This document shows, in pieces, positions 44,426-55,945 of a stretch of DNA of 64,000 nucleotides; within the stretch, counting starts at the first letter, position 1, and every line of letters starts with the position of its first letter. A program made the translations under genes and the position numbers. This stretch comes from Eledone cirrhosa (taxonomy: Eukaryota): positions 406,410,001-406,474,000 of the forward strand of contig OZ024741.1 of assembly GCA_964016885.1 (NCBI GenBank), read 5' to 3'. The notes under the pieces were generated by a model. It was not told where the DNA came from and searched no databases. It saw only the letters and a list, made by a program, of their open reading frames with translations.

Positions 44426-44603
44426 TGGCAGTATCAGTAGAGGGTTGGACGCCATGCTTTCTAACATAGTTACGTCCCTTTACAGTCTGAGTTCAAATCC
44501 CGCCTAGGTTAACTTTGCCTTTCATCCTTACGGGGTCGATAAAATAAAGTACCAGTAATGTACTGGGTAATTGCTGGCCTTGTGCCTAAAGTAGAAACAA
44601 TTA
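44426..44603 (+). mobile_element. tRNA-derived SINE copy
   Basis: Same family as 38449-38640, lying within TA-rich microsatellite. Confidence 0.88.
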
Positions 44604-44672
44604 TATATATTATATATATTATATATATTATATATATTATATATATATATATATATAGGTATATACATATAT

Positions 44673-44709
<37 letters not shown>

Positions 44710-44762
44710 ATGATGAATAAGTCAGTGTATTCGAATGTTACATCACTTTATTTGATTACTTT

Positions 44763-44831
<69 letters not shown>

Positions 44832-45169
44832 CATACATATATATATATAAATACATACATATATATACATATATATATGATATATATATAACATATATAT
44901 ACGTAATGCAGTAGGAAATAAAAGGTTTCTACAAAAGGATTATAAATTGACGTTTCTTTTGTCAGTCAAGTTTTGATGTACGAGTATATATAATTCTGAT
45001 TTACAAATAAATTTCGATTTGTATATAATCTTCTAGGCATCGTATATTAGTATGAATTTGTTATCGATCTTCTTGACGAAAGCATACAACTCTCATCTTT
45101 TACTTTCTAAATAGATTGATATTTTATGTCTACGAGAGAAGTGGACAATGAAACTGATTTGGTTTAATA

Positions 45170-45362
45170 AATAATTGTTTCTCCTTTTGGCACAAGACCA
45201 GCAATTACCCCAGTGTATTACTGGTACTTTATTTGATCCACTCCCGTAAGCATGAAAGGCAAAGTTAACCTCGGAGGGTTTTGAACTCAGACCATAAAGG
45301 GGCGTAACTCTTTGCTGCAAAGCATGGCGTCAGACCCTCTACCGACACTGCCAACCCACCGC
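45170..45362 (-). mobile_element. tRNA-derived SINE copy
   Basis: Reverse complement of the family consensus. Confidence 0.85.
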
Positions 45363-45506
45363 CCTCAACATATAATGTGGCTAAAATACCAGTTGTATAT
45401 TTGACAACATAAATAGGCTATGTATGAATGATTACACAATAGTAGAAATATTTCTTAGGACGAAAAATGCTTATTCTTCCAACACTAAACATTGCAATTA
45501 TTTAGT

Positions 45507-45568
45507 ATAAAGTACCAGTAATAAACTGGGAAAATTGCTGGTCTTGTGCCAAAAGTAGAAACAATTAT
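45507..45568 (+). mobile_element. SINE 3' fragment
   Basis: ATAAAGTACCAGTAATAAACTGGG...GTGCCAAAAGTAGAAACAATTAT. Confidence 0.75.
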
Positions 45569-45959
45569 ATAGAAGAGATTGAGCAAAGGAGTTTCAACCT
45601 CAATCTACCGAAACCAATTATTGTCATAATTCTCTCACCGCTAAGAAATGTGTTTCTTGTTTGCTAATCTTCAAAATATCTTATCAGATGTACTTTTGCA
45701 GATACATATTTCATATCTTCTTTTGATTTAATAAGTTTCATATTGTTTCATTGCAATTAGATATTCTTTTCATTTAATTTGTTATAAATCTCGGAGAAGT
45801 GTTTTCTAGTTCATTAGATATTTTCTTATATATAAAAACATATTCTAGAAGTATGACAGATAGTTTGGCCATAGAAAACAATCAAACTTCGGTATTTAGT
45901 AAAAGATGCTCAAATTATTTCTTTTAATTATACTATGTATTCACAATGATGGCGAATTA

Positions 45960-46695
45960 TAGATTGGCAGAATCGGTAGAGCATCGGACTCCATGCTTTG
46001 CAGCATAGAGTTACGTTCTGAGTTCAAATCCCACCGAGGTTAGCTTTGCCTTTCATCCTTACAGCTTCGGTAAAATAGTTAACTGATATTGATACAGCAG
46101 CTGGAGAATCTAATAATTATTTTATTTTACATTTAAAAAAATTTATATATGACAAAAAAAGAGCATTACAAGAAATGGGAGCAGTAGATTAGCAGAATCG
46201 CTAGAGCCTCAGACAACATGCTTTGTGGCATATAGTTACGCTCCTTTTACGTTCTGAGTTCAAATCCCGCCGAGGTTAAGCTTTGCCTTTCATCCTTACG
46301 GGGTCGATAAAATAAAGTACCAGTAATGTACTGGATAATTGCTGGCCTTGTGCCATAAGTAGAAACAATTATTATTTTGTAATAACGAACTGGGGTCGAT
46401 TTAATCGACTTTCTTCTCCCCGAAAATTGTTGGCCGTGTACCTAAACCAGAAAACATGATTCCTCTGTAGTACGGTGTATCAGCAATAATCGGAAGAGTG
46501 CCGGACAATGAGCTGCACTGCATAGAGTTATGACATTTTACGTTCTGAGTTCAAATCCCGCTGAAGTTAGATTTGCCTTTCATCCTTACGGGGACAATAA
46601 AATAAAGTACCAGTCACGTACTGGAGTCTTTTGAAGAAACTTCCCATTCCTCTCCCCTAAAATTGTTGGCCTTATGTCTAAATCAGAAACCATTG
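45960..46695 (+). mobile_element. Cluster of 3-4 diverged SINE copies (~45960-46076, 46185-46376, 46388-46458, 46480-46695)
   Basis: Each head-bearing copy has TTCTGAGTTCAAATCCC and TTTGCCTTTCATCCTTAC. The later pieces carry a longer 3' variant (CCCC.AAAATTGTTGGCC). Confidence 0.8.
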
Positions 46696-48367
46696 TATAT
46701 TTGTTCTGTACATTTCTAACTGCAATTAAAACATTGTTAGATTGCACTATATAAACCAACTTATTAACAAACATTATAACCTAACTTATTACCAAACACT
46801 ATAACCTAACTTATTACCAAACACTATAAACCAACTTAATACCAAACACTATAACCTAACTTATTACCAAACACTATAAACCAACATATTACCAAACACT
46901 ATAACCTAACTTATTACCAAACACTATAAACCAACTTATTACCAAACACTATAACCTAACTTATTACCAAACACTATAAACCAACTTATTACCAAACACT
47001 ATAACCTAACTTATTACCAAACACTATAAACCAACTTATTACCAAACACTATAACCTAACTTATTACCAAACACTATAAACCAACTTATTACCAAACACT
47101 ATAACCTAACTTATTACCAAACACTATAAACCAACTTATTACCAAACACTATAACCTAACTTATTACCAAACACTATAAACCAACTTATTACCAAACACT
47201 ATAACCTAACTTATTACCAAACACTATAAACCAACTTATTACCAAACACTATAACCTAACTTATTACCAAACACTATAAACCAACTTATTACCAAACACT
47301 ATAACCTAACTTATTACCAAACACTATAAACCAACTTATTACCAAACACTATAACCTAACTTATTACCAAACACTATAAACCAACTTATTACCAAACACT
47401 ATAACCTAACTTATTACCAAACACTATAAACCAACTTATTACCAAACACTATAACCTAACTTATTACCAAACACTATAAACCAACTTATTACCAAACACT
47501 ATAACCTAACTTATTACCAAACACTATAAACCAACTTATTACCAAACACTATAACCTAACTTATTACCAAACACTATAAACCAACTTATTACCAAACACT
47601 ATAACCTAACTTATTACCAAACACTATAACCTAACTTATTACCAAACACTATAAACCAACTTATTACCAAACACTATAACCTAACTTATTACCAAACACT
47701 ATAAACCAACTTATTACCAAACACTATAAACCAACTTATTACCTAACACTATAACCTAACTTATTACCAAACACTATAAACCAACTTATTACCAAATACT
47801 ATAACCTAACTTATTACCAAACACTATAAACCAACTTATTACCAAACACTATAACCTAACTTATTACCAAACACTATAACCTAACTTATTACCAAACACT
47901 ATAAACCAACTTATTACCAAACACTATAACCTAACTTATTACCAAACACTATAAACCAACTTATTACCAAACACTATAACCTAACTTATTACCAAACACT
48001 ATAAACCAACTTATTACCAAACACTATAACCTAACTTATTACCAAACACTATAAACCAACTTATTACCAAACACTATAACCTAAATTATTACCAAACACT
48101 ATAAACCAACTTATTACCAAACACTATAACCTAACTTATTACCAAACACTATAACCTAACTTATTACCAAACACTATAAACCAACTTATTACCAAACACT
48201 ATAACCTAACTTATTACCAAACACTATAAACCAATTTATTACCAAACACTATAACCTAACTTATTACCAAACTCTATAACTTGTTACCAAACACTATATC
48301 TTATTACCAAACACTATAACCTAACTTATAACCAAACACTATAACTTATTACCAAACACTATAACTT

Positions 48368-48549
48368 TTGGCAGTATCGGTAGAGGGTCGGACGCTATGC
48401 TTTGACGCATAGATTTACGGCCCTTGCCATTCTGAGTTCAAATCCCGCCGAGGTTAACTTTGCCTTTCATCCTTATGGGGTCGATAAAACAAAGTACCAG
48501 TAATACACTGGGTAATTGCTGGCCTTGTGCCAAAAGTAGAAACAATTAT
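48368..48549 (+). mobile_element. tRNA-derived SINE inserted in the 25-bp satellite
   Basis: Family consensus match, with TATAACTT on both flanks. Confidence 0.9.
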
Positions 48550-49719
48550 AACTTATTACCAAACACTAGAACGTAGTACCAAACACTGTAACTCAACCTA
48601 TTACCAAACACTATAAACTAACGTATTACCAAACACTATAACCTAACTTATTACCAAACACTATAAACCAACTTATTACCAAACACTATAACCTAACTTA
48701 TTACCAAACACTATAAACCAACTTATTACCAAACACTATAACCTAACTTATTACCAAACACTATAAACCAACTTATTACCAAACACTATAACCTAACTTA
48801 TTACCAAACACTATAAACCAACTTATTACCAAACACTATAACCTAACTTATTACCAAACACTATAAACCAACTTATTACCAAACACTATAACCTAACTTA
48901 TTACCAAACACTATAAACCAACTTATTACCAAACACTATAACCTAACTTATTACCAAACACTATAACCTAACTTATTACCAAACACTATAAACCAACTTA
49001 TTACCAAACACTATAACCTAACTTATTACCAAACATTATAACCTAACTTATTACCAAACACTATAAACCAACTTATTACCAAACATTATAACCTAACTTA
49101 TTACCAAACACTATAAACCAACTTATTACCAAACACTATAAACCAACTTATTACCAAACATTATAACCTAACTTATTACCAAACACTATAAACCAACTTA
49201 TTACCAAACATTATAAACTAACTTATTACCAAACACTATAAACCAACTTATTACCAAACATTATAACCTAACTTATTACCAAACACTATAAACCAACTTA
49301 TTACCAAACACTATAACCTAACTTATTACCAAACATTATAACCTAACTTATTACCAAACACTATAAACCAACTTATTACCAAACTCTATAACTTATTACC
49401 AAACACTATAAACCAACTTATTACCAAACTCTATAACTTATTACCAAACATTATAACCTAACTTATTACCAAACACTATAAACCAACTTATTACCAAACA
49501 CTATAAACCAACTTATTACCAAACACTATAAACCAACTTATTACCAAACTCTATAACTTATTACCAAACACTATAAACCTACTTATTACCAAACTCTATA
49601 ACTTATTACCAAACACTATAAACTAACGTATTACCAAACATTATAACCTAACTTATTACCAAACACTATAAACCAACTTATTACCAAACACTATAACCTA
49701 ACTTATTACCAAACACTAT

Positions 49720-50488
49720 CCTTCTTGGTTGTCCATCGTAAACGATGATGACATCTTCTTCATTGTTGTTCCCGTCTGCGGTGGGCGCGAAGGTGGCTGT
49801 GGAGGCCGATCCTTGACTTGCAGGTCCGGGGACAGTGGGGACAGGGGAAGAGACCGGAGTCGCTTTGGGCAGCTGCTGATGCCTTTCTCCTCATTTCACT
49901 CCTGATTCTCCGCCTCTCGCCCATCGCCGCAGGGCTTTCGGAGTGCACGCTAACGAAGAAACCTGTGCGGGAAAGGTTTATAGCGGGGGGGGGGGGGGTT
50001 CAGTCCACAGTGACGATCCCACTCAATCGGCCGCAGAAGCCAGTAGCCGGTGGTACGAAAGACCGTCACGACCAGGGACTTCCTTGACTGCAGTGGATGG
50101 CCACAACGTCTTCTGTAGTGCCTTGCCGTTCCCTAGCGCACCACACCGCTTGCTGTCGCCGCCTTCGTGAGCGTTGGGATGATGTTGTCCTACTCCACTC
50201 ACTCCGCCGAGTCCAGTCTTCGCATGCAGGAGTAGGCATCCACTATCTAACTCACCGGGGGGGTTTCAGATTCGTCCGGCTACCCTCAACCTGGTTCGGC
50301 CCACCAGCCAAGGCGGTTCACCGGGGTGTGGCCGCTGTTGCATGCTACAGCTTCTTGGGGCCACAGGTGAGAGCTGATTGTCAGGTGGGACCCAAGGCAG
50401 GAAGAGCTGTCCTGGAAATGGCAAGGATAGCCCCCCCCCCGCCCCCCTCCCCCTACAGAGGTACATGCCCCTTCCTGACACCCCAGGC
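49720..50488 (-). mobile_element. Internally deleted RTE-clade non-LTR element (5' UTR joined to ORF C-terminus and 3' tail)
   Basis: GC-rich island. Minus-strand FPCPHCPRTCKSRIGLHSHLRAH is the RTE-type C-terminal C2H2 motif, followed by a GTCATCATCG..CGATGGAC hairpin and an AAG tail. No endonuclease or RT sequence fits in the ~0.5 kb upstream. Confidence 0.82.
50283..50484 (-). ncRNA. Candidate HDV-like self-cleaving ribozyme at the RTE 5' end
   Basis: P1 GGGGTG/CACCCC, P2 CTCACCTG/CAGGTTGAG, P3 TGGC/GCCA, P1.1 CC/GG, P4 ACCGCC/GGCTGGT and J4/2 CGAA, all in the canonical nested order. Confidence 0.6.
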
Positions 50489-51313
50489 ATATACATAGGC
50501 ATATACAGACACATACATATGTACATGTGTATATACATATTTACACATTTTTGGATGGCCGTTGACTCTTTTGAGTTCTTCCGGCCTTTGTCAAACAGTA
50601 TAACCTAACTTATTACCAAACACTATAACCCAACCAATTACCGAACACTATAACCTAACTTATTACCAAGCACTATAACCCAACCTTCTACCAAACACTA
50701 TAACCTGACTTATTACCAAACACTATATCCTAACTTATTACCAAACACTATAACCTAACTTATTGACAAACACTATATCTTATTACAAAACACTATAACT
50801 TATTACCAAACACTATAACCTAACTTATTACCAAACTCTATAACTTATTACCAAATACTATAACTTATTACCAAACATTATAACTTATTACCAAACACTA
50901 TAACTTATTACCAAACACTATAACTTATTACCAAACACTATAACGTATTACCAAATACTATAACCTAACTTATTACCAAACACTATAACTTATTACTAAA
51001 CACTATAACCTAACTTATTACCAAACTCTAAAACCTATTACCAAACACTATAACATAACTTATTGCCAAACACTATAACTTATTACCAAACACTATAACT
51101 TATTACCAAACACTATAACCTAACTTATTACCAAACACTATAACTTATTACCAAACACTATAACCCAATTTATTGCCAGTTTCTGAAATTAAATAGTTTC
51201 ATTCGGGATCCATTTTAATAATTTTCTACCAAAAAAAAACAAAAAAACGTTTCGATTGTTTTCGTTTGTTTTTTCTTTGGTTGTTGTTGCATTTTGGGGG
51301 CTTTAATTTAGAT

Positions 51314-51314
<1 letters not shown>

Positions 51315-51386
<72 letters not shown>

Positions 51387-51817
51387 ATGTATGTATGTGT
51401 GTGTATTTGGGTTTCTTTGTGGTCGAGCGGGTATGTGAGCGTGTGAGCGTGTGGGTGTGTTTTTTGTGTATGTGTATGTGTGTGCTTGTATGTATGTGTA
51501 TATCTATATTTGTGTGTATGTGCGAGTGCCTGTGTATGTGTGTGTGAGTGTGTCTATATGTATATGTGTGTGTGTGTGTGTGTGTCTATATATGTGTGTG
51601 TGTCCATATGGGTGTTTGTGTGTCTATATAAGTGTGTGTGTGTGTCCATATGTGTGTGTGTCTATGTGTGTGTGCGTGTGTGTGTCTATATATATGTGTG
51701 TATGTGTCTATATGTGTGTGTGTCCGTGGCCATATGTGTGTGCGTGTGTGTGTCTATATATGTGTGTGTGTGTCCATATATGTGTGTGTGTGTGTGTCTA
51801 TATATATGTGTGTGTGT
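51315..51817. repeat. (TG)n and degenerate TG-rich low-complexity tract
   Basis: Direct reading. Confidence 0.93.
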
Positions 51818-52120
51818 TTTACATACCACAGCAGGCAGACAACAAACACAAGTGAAAAGAATAAAACATATTTCCAATATATTTCATGAAAATAATCCTA
51901 TATTTCCAGCGAAATATAATAATTAACCTTTATAAGTTAAATATCCGGTTGTATTAGATTCAGTTATCTTTCTGAAACGTTACACACATTAAATTGTGTG
52001 TAATGGAGGGAATAATTAGTGGGAAAATAATCAGTAATCGAAATATAATACTAAATCAATAAAAATATGTAAATGTTACATATATTGATTTTATATTGAT
52101 TTTACCTCTTATTATTAGTA

Positions 52121-52413
52121 GGGCGGTAAGGGCGGGGATTGGCAGTATCGGTAGAGGGTCGGACACCATGCTTTGACGCATAGAGTTACGGCCCTTGCCA
52201 TTCTGAGTTAAAATCCCGCCGAGGTAAACTTTGCCTTTCATCCTTACGGGGTCGATAAAATAAAGTACCAGTAATGCACTGGGTAATTGTGGCCTTGTGC
52301 CAAAAGTAGAAACAATTATTAGTAGGCCGGTGGATTGGCAGTATCAGTAGAGGGTCGGACGCCATGCTTTGCAGCAAAGAGTTACAGCCCTTTATGGTCT
52401 GAGTTCAAATCCC
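52121..52413 (+). mobile_element. Two head-to-tail SINEs: full copy (~52131-52320) and 5' part (~52325-52413)
   Basis: Family consensus. The second copy stops just after the B-box GAGTTCAAATCCC. Confidence 0.87.
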
Positions 52414-52520
52414 TCAGAGACCACTGGTTACTGCCCTACGCACGCTCTGAATTCTCTCTCCCACGTGTGGCTGGACGGTCGCTTCAGATTCTCTTAGAGT
52501 TGTCTGAAATGTATATCCTT

Positions 52521-52603
52521 ACACACGCTGATGAACCATGGGCTAATCATTTCTGTCAACAACTTATTTGGCGAAACAGATCTTTTGGGATTTGTACGTG
52601 TGT
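52521..52603 (+). ncRNA. Type I hammerhead ribozyme motif
   Basis: ACACACG-CTGATGA-aCCA...TGGc-GAAA-CAGATC ttttgg GATTTG-TA-CGTGTGT, with a 7-bp stem I and a GUA triplet. Confidence 0.8.
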
Positions 52604-52768
52604 TATATAATTATAGAGGTATGTATTTACACTTTAATTTATACTTTTAATTATTGTGTCTACTCTGCCTTCCATGGGCTATAGATTCCATACGCTGGTG
52701 GTTTTTCCCTGTTTGATTGATGGCGTACTATCTCTCTCTCTCTAGTGTGTTATCTTTTCTACATATTG

Positions 52769-52824
<56 letters not shown>

Positions 52825-52832
<8 letters not shown>

Positions 52833-53211
52833 CAAAATATTAATAAATGAAGACGTTCACATAATCAAAATATGTTTATTATATATATTTCGGAGGTACT
52901 GTGCTGTTTTTTCCAATTCCAGTATTGGTAGTCATATTGGTATTACTACCAAGACTGGAATTGAACCATCAAGACAGTTGAGGTATGTCATACATCAATT
53001 CATGTATTTTATCTGATGAGGACGTACTGAAAAAACAGCACAGTACCTCCGAAATATATATAATAAAACAAATATTTTGATTATGTGAACGTCTTCATTT
53101 ATTAATATTTTGAATAATATTAATAACTCCAGAAAACTTAACTGTAGAGTACTTTTAATCTATTGTAAAACTATATTCATTAAGTAATCAATGAACCATA
53201 TTAATCTTTGG

Positions 53212-53215
<4 letters not shown>
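52825..53215. mobile_element. Hammerhead-bearing element with fold-back inversion, between (TA)n tracts
   Basis: 52825-52912 is the reverse complement of ~53029-53120, and 53183-53212 is the reverse complement of 43132-43161. Confidence 0.75.
53007..53068 (+). ncRNA. Type I hammerhead ribozyme with palindromic stem III
   Basis: TTTTAT-CTGATGA-GGAcGTACTG..CAGTACcTCC-GAAA-TATATAT-A-ATAAAA. Confidence 0.8.
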
Positions 53216-53265
<50 letters not shown>

Positions 53266-53621
53266 AAATGAGGTTTTTTTACAAAATGAAAAAAAACGAG
53301 GTGTCCTACACGAGTGAAAGTATAAGGAAAAAATATGAAATCGAAAATGCAACTAGAGTCTTTTTAAAAATATTTATTTGGTTCGTTTACCGGTTTCGCA
53401 GTTCTTGTGCTTTTCAAAAGTAGAGTTGAGATGGAGGGCTTGTGGTTTTTCTCGCATCATTTATATATAAACGGGTTTGTATATATGCATTCATACATAT
53501 ATGTGTGTGTGTCTGTGAGTATAATATAAACATGTTTCCTATAATGAAGTGGTATTTATTTACGATTAAATTGTTTCTACTCTTTAGAAGTTTGAAATAA
53601 TTCCCAGTCGTTATATTGAGA

Positions 53622-54498
53622 AGAGAGAGAGAGATAGGGATAGAGAGAGAGAATGGGATAGAAAGAGTGTGTGCAATATATAGAGAGAGGGGAGGGGGAG
53701 AGATAAAGAGAGAGAGAAAGGGATAGAAAGAGTGTGTGCAATATATAGAGAGAGGGGAGGGGGAGAGAGATAAAGAGAGAGAGAAAGGGATAGAAAGAGT
53801 GTGTGCAATATATATAGAGAGAGGGGAGGGAGATTGTGTGTGTGAGAGAGAGAGAGAGAGAGGGGGGATAGAAAAAGTGTGTACAATATATAGAGAGAGA
53901 GGGGAGGGAGATTGTGTGTGTGAGAGAGAGAGAGGGGGGATAGAAAGAGTGTGTGCAATATATATAGAGAGAGGAGGAGGATTGTGTGTGTGAGAGAGAG
54001 AGAGGGAGGATAGAAAGAGTGTGTACAATATATATAGAGAGAGGGGAGGGAGATTGTGTGTGTGAGAGAGAGATAGGGGGGATAGAAAGAGTGTGTCCAA
54101 TATATAGAGAGAGAGGAGGGGGATTGTGTGTGTGAGAGAGAGAGAGGGGGGATAGAAAGAGTGTGTGCAATATATATAGAGAGAGGAGGGGGATTGTGTG
54201 TGTGAGAGAGAGAGAGGGGGGATAGAAAGAGTGTGTACAATATATAGAGAGAGAGGGGAGGGAGATTGTGTGTGTGAGAGAGAGAGAGGGGGGATAGAAA
54301 GAGTGTGTCCAATATATAGAGAGAGAGGAGGGGGATTGTGTGTGTGAGAGAGAGAGAGGGGGGATAGAAAGAGTGTGTCCAATATATATAGAGAGAGGAG
54401 GGGGATTGTGTGTGTGAGAGAGAGAGGGGGGATAGAAAGAGTGTGTGCAATATATATAGAGAGAGGAGGGGGATTGTGTGTGTGAGAGAGAGAGAGAG
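53622..54498. repeat. ~60-65-bp minisatellite built from microsatellite blocks
   Basis: GGGATAGAAAGAGTGTGT(G/A/C)CAATATATA(GA)nGGAGGGGGATT(GT)n(GA)n, about 13-14 copies. Confidence 0.92.
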
Positions 54499-54659
54499 TT
54501 ATAATGAAATAATTCCCAGTTGTTATATTGAGAGACATTTACCAACTCAGGATATCCACAACTTTTCAGATTTACTCAGGAAGAAAATTGTGTCTGATTT
54601 GGAGACGTCACGGAAATTATTACTAGAGTTTAATGTCGAGATAATTGAATGTAGAAATT

Positions 54660-55125
54660 GTGGGTATATATGTGTAGTATATATGTGTGTGTAGTGTATA
54701 TGTGTGTAATGTATATATGTGTGCAGTGTATATGTGTGTGCAGTGTATGCTTGTGTAGGTACATGTGTGTATATGTGTATATGTATGTATATGTTTACGT
54801 GCATGTATATGTGTAAGTTCTGTGTTCACATCTGTGTGGCTGTGTGTCTGTGTGTGTTCATCTAAGTGTGTGTCTGTGTGTGTTTATCTAAGTGTGTGTC
54901 TGTGCACATGTGTGAGTGTGCGACTGTGCCAGTGTCTCTGTGTTTATATAGGTGTAGGTGTGTATGTTCAAGTCTGTGTGTGTGTCTGTCTGTGTAAGTG
55001 TGCATGTGTGTGTTTTTCTGTATTTGTAACAGTGTACGTGTGTATGCGAGTGTATGTATTTATATATGTGTGCGACTGTACGTGAAAGCATCTGTGTGTG
55101 AGAGAGAGAGAGTGTGTGTGTGTGT
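54660..55125. repeat. Degenerate (TG)n tract
   Basis: Direct reading. Confidence 0.88.
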
Positions 55126-55245
55126 CTTAATTACAATTCTTACCGTACCACTAAGTATTTTGTCCGATGCTCTACCAATGTTTCCAATCCACCGCCATTA
55201 AAGAGAATTATATATTAACACTAATATAAAGCGATTGTTTTAAAC

Positions 55246-55396
55246 CAGTCGTGGGCAAACTGCAGCACGCGAGCCACATGTGACTTTCAAAATGGCACGC
55301 CTAATTTCAAGGTTGTCTTCGATATTTTAGTAGTGCTCCGGCTAATATAATGAGCCACATCCTAAGCGACCCACGAAAAACCCTTGTCCATGTCTG
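55246..55396. mobile_element. Degenerate hAT (Charlie-like) MITE
   Basis: TIRs CAGTCGTGGGCAA / TTGTCCATGTCTG, 8-bp TSD TTTTAAAC / TTTTAAAA, and a Charlie-like subterminal GC.CGCG.GCCACATGTG. Confidence 0.7.
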
Positions 55397-55796
55397 TTTT
55401 AAAACATAGACGTTATCTAGTATCCACAGAATAGAAACAGCCACCATCTTGGATCCCGCTAATAACACAGATTGCATCAATATATTGAATTACTATTAAT
55501 TTTTACTTTCTCCACAAAAAGATGAATATATGATAATAATATTTCTGCAAATATTTATCTCTCTTTTACATCTTCAAATACTAGAGAGCGTTATTAATAT
55601 TTTAGATACAAAAAAAGCCAATGATTAACTTAATTATTTTGATTGGAATGGCGTATATTTTATAATAATAAGCTGATCACTTTAGTCAATATCCTTATAT
55701 GTCTGCTTACCTTCGCTTTTATTTATATTTCCTTCGTTTTTTTATATATATATATGTGTGTGTGTATAAATATATATTTATATATAAAAGTATATA

Positions 55797-55838
<42 letters not shown>

Positions 55839-55945
55839 CATATACATATATATTTATGCATGTTTATTTATATATGTGTGTGTATATATATATATATATG
55901 CGTATGTATATGTTTATATATATATATACATATATACTTTTATAT

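Larger units (their letters stand above)
46745..51177. repeat. 25-bp satellite with 50-bp dimeric higher-order unit, interrupted by a SINE and an RTE derivative
   Basis: ATAACCTAACTTATTACCAAACACT alternates with ATAAACCAACTTATTACCAAACACT. 20-bp deletion variants occur near the edges and insertions. Confidence 0.98.

Noticed and set aside
46745-51177. Telomeric repeat (CCTAA/TTAGG within the 25-mer)
   Set aside because: Only one pentamer per 25-50 bp, not a tandem telomere tract.
54570-54663. Possible small plus-strand exon (TTTTCAG|..LLRKKIVSDLETSRKLLLEF..)
   Set aside because: Short, weak donor, no recognisable homology or neighbouring exons.
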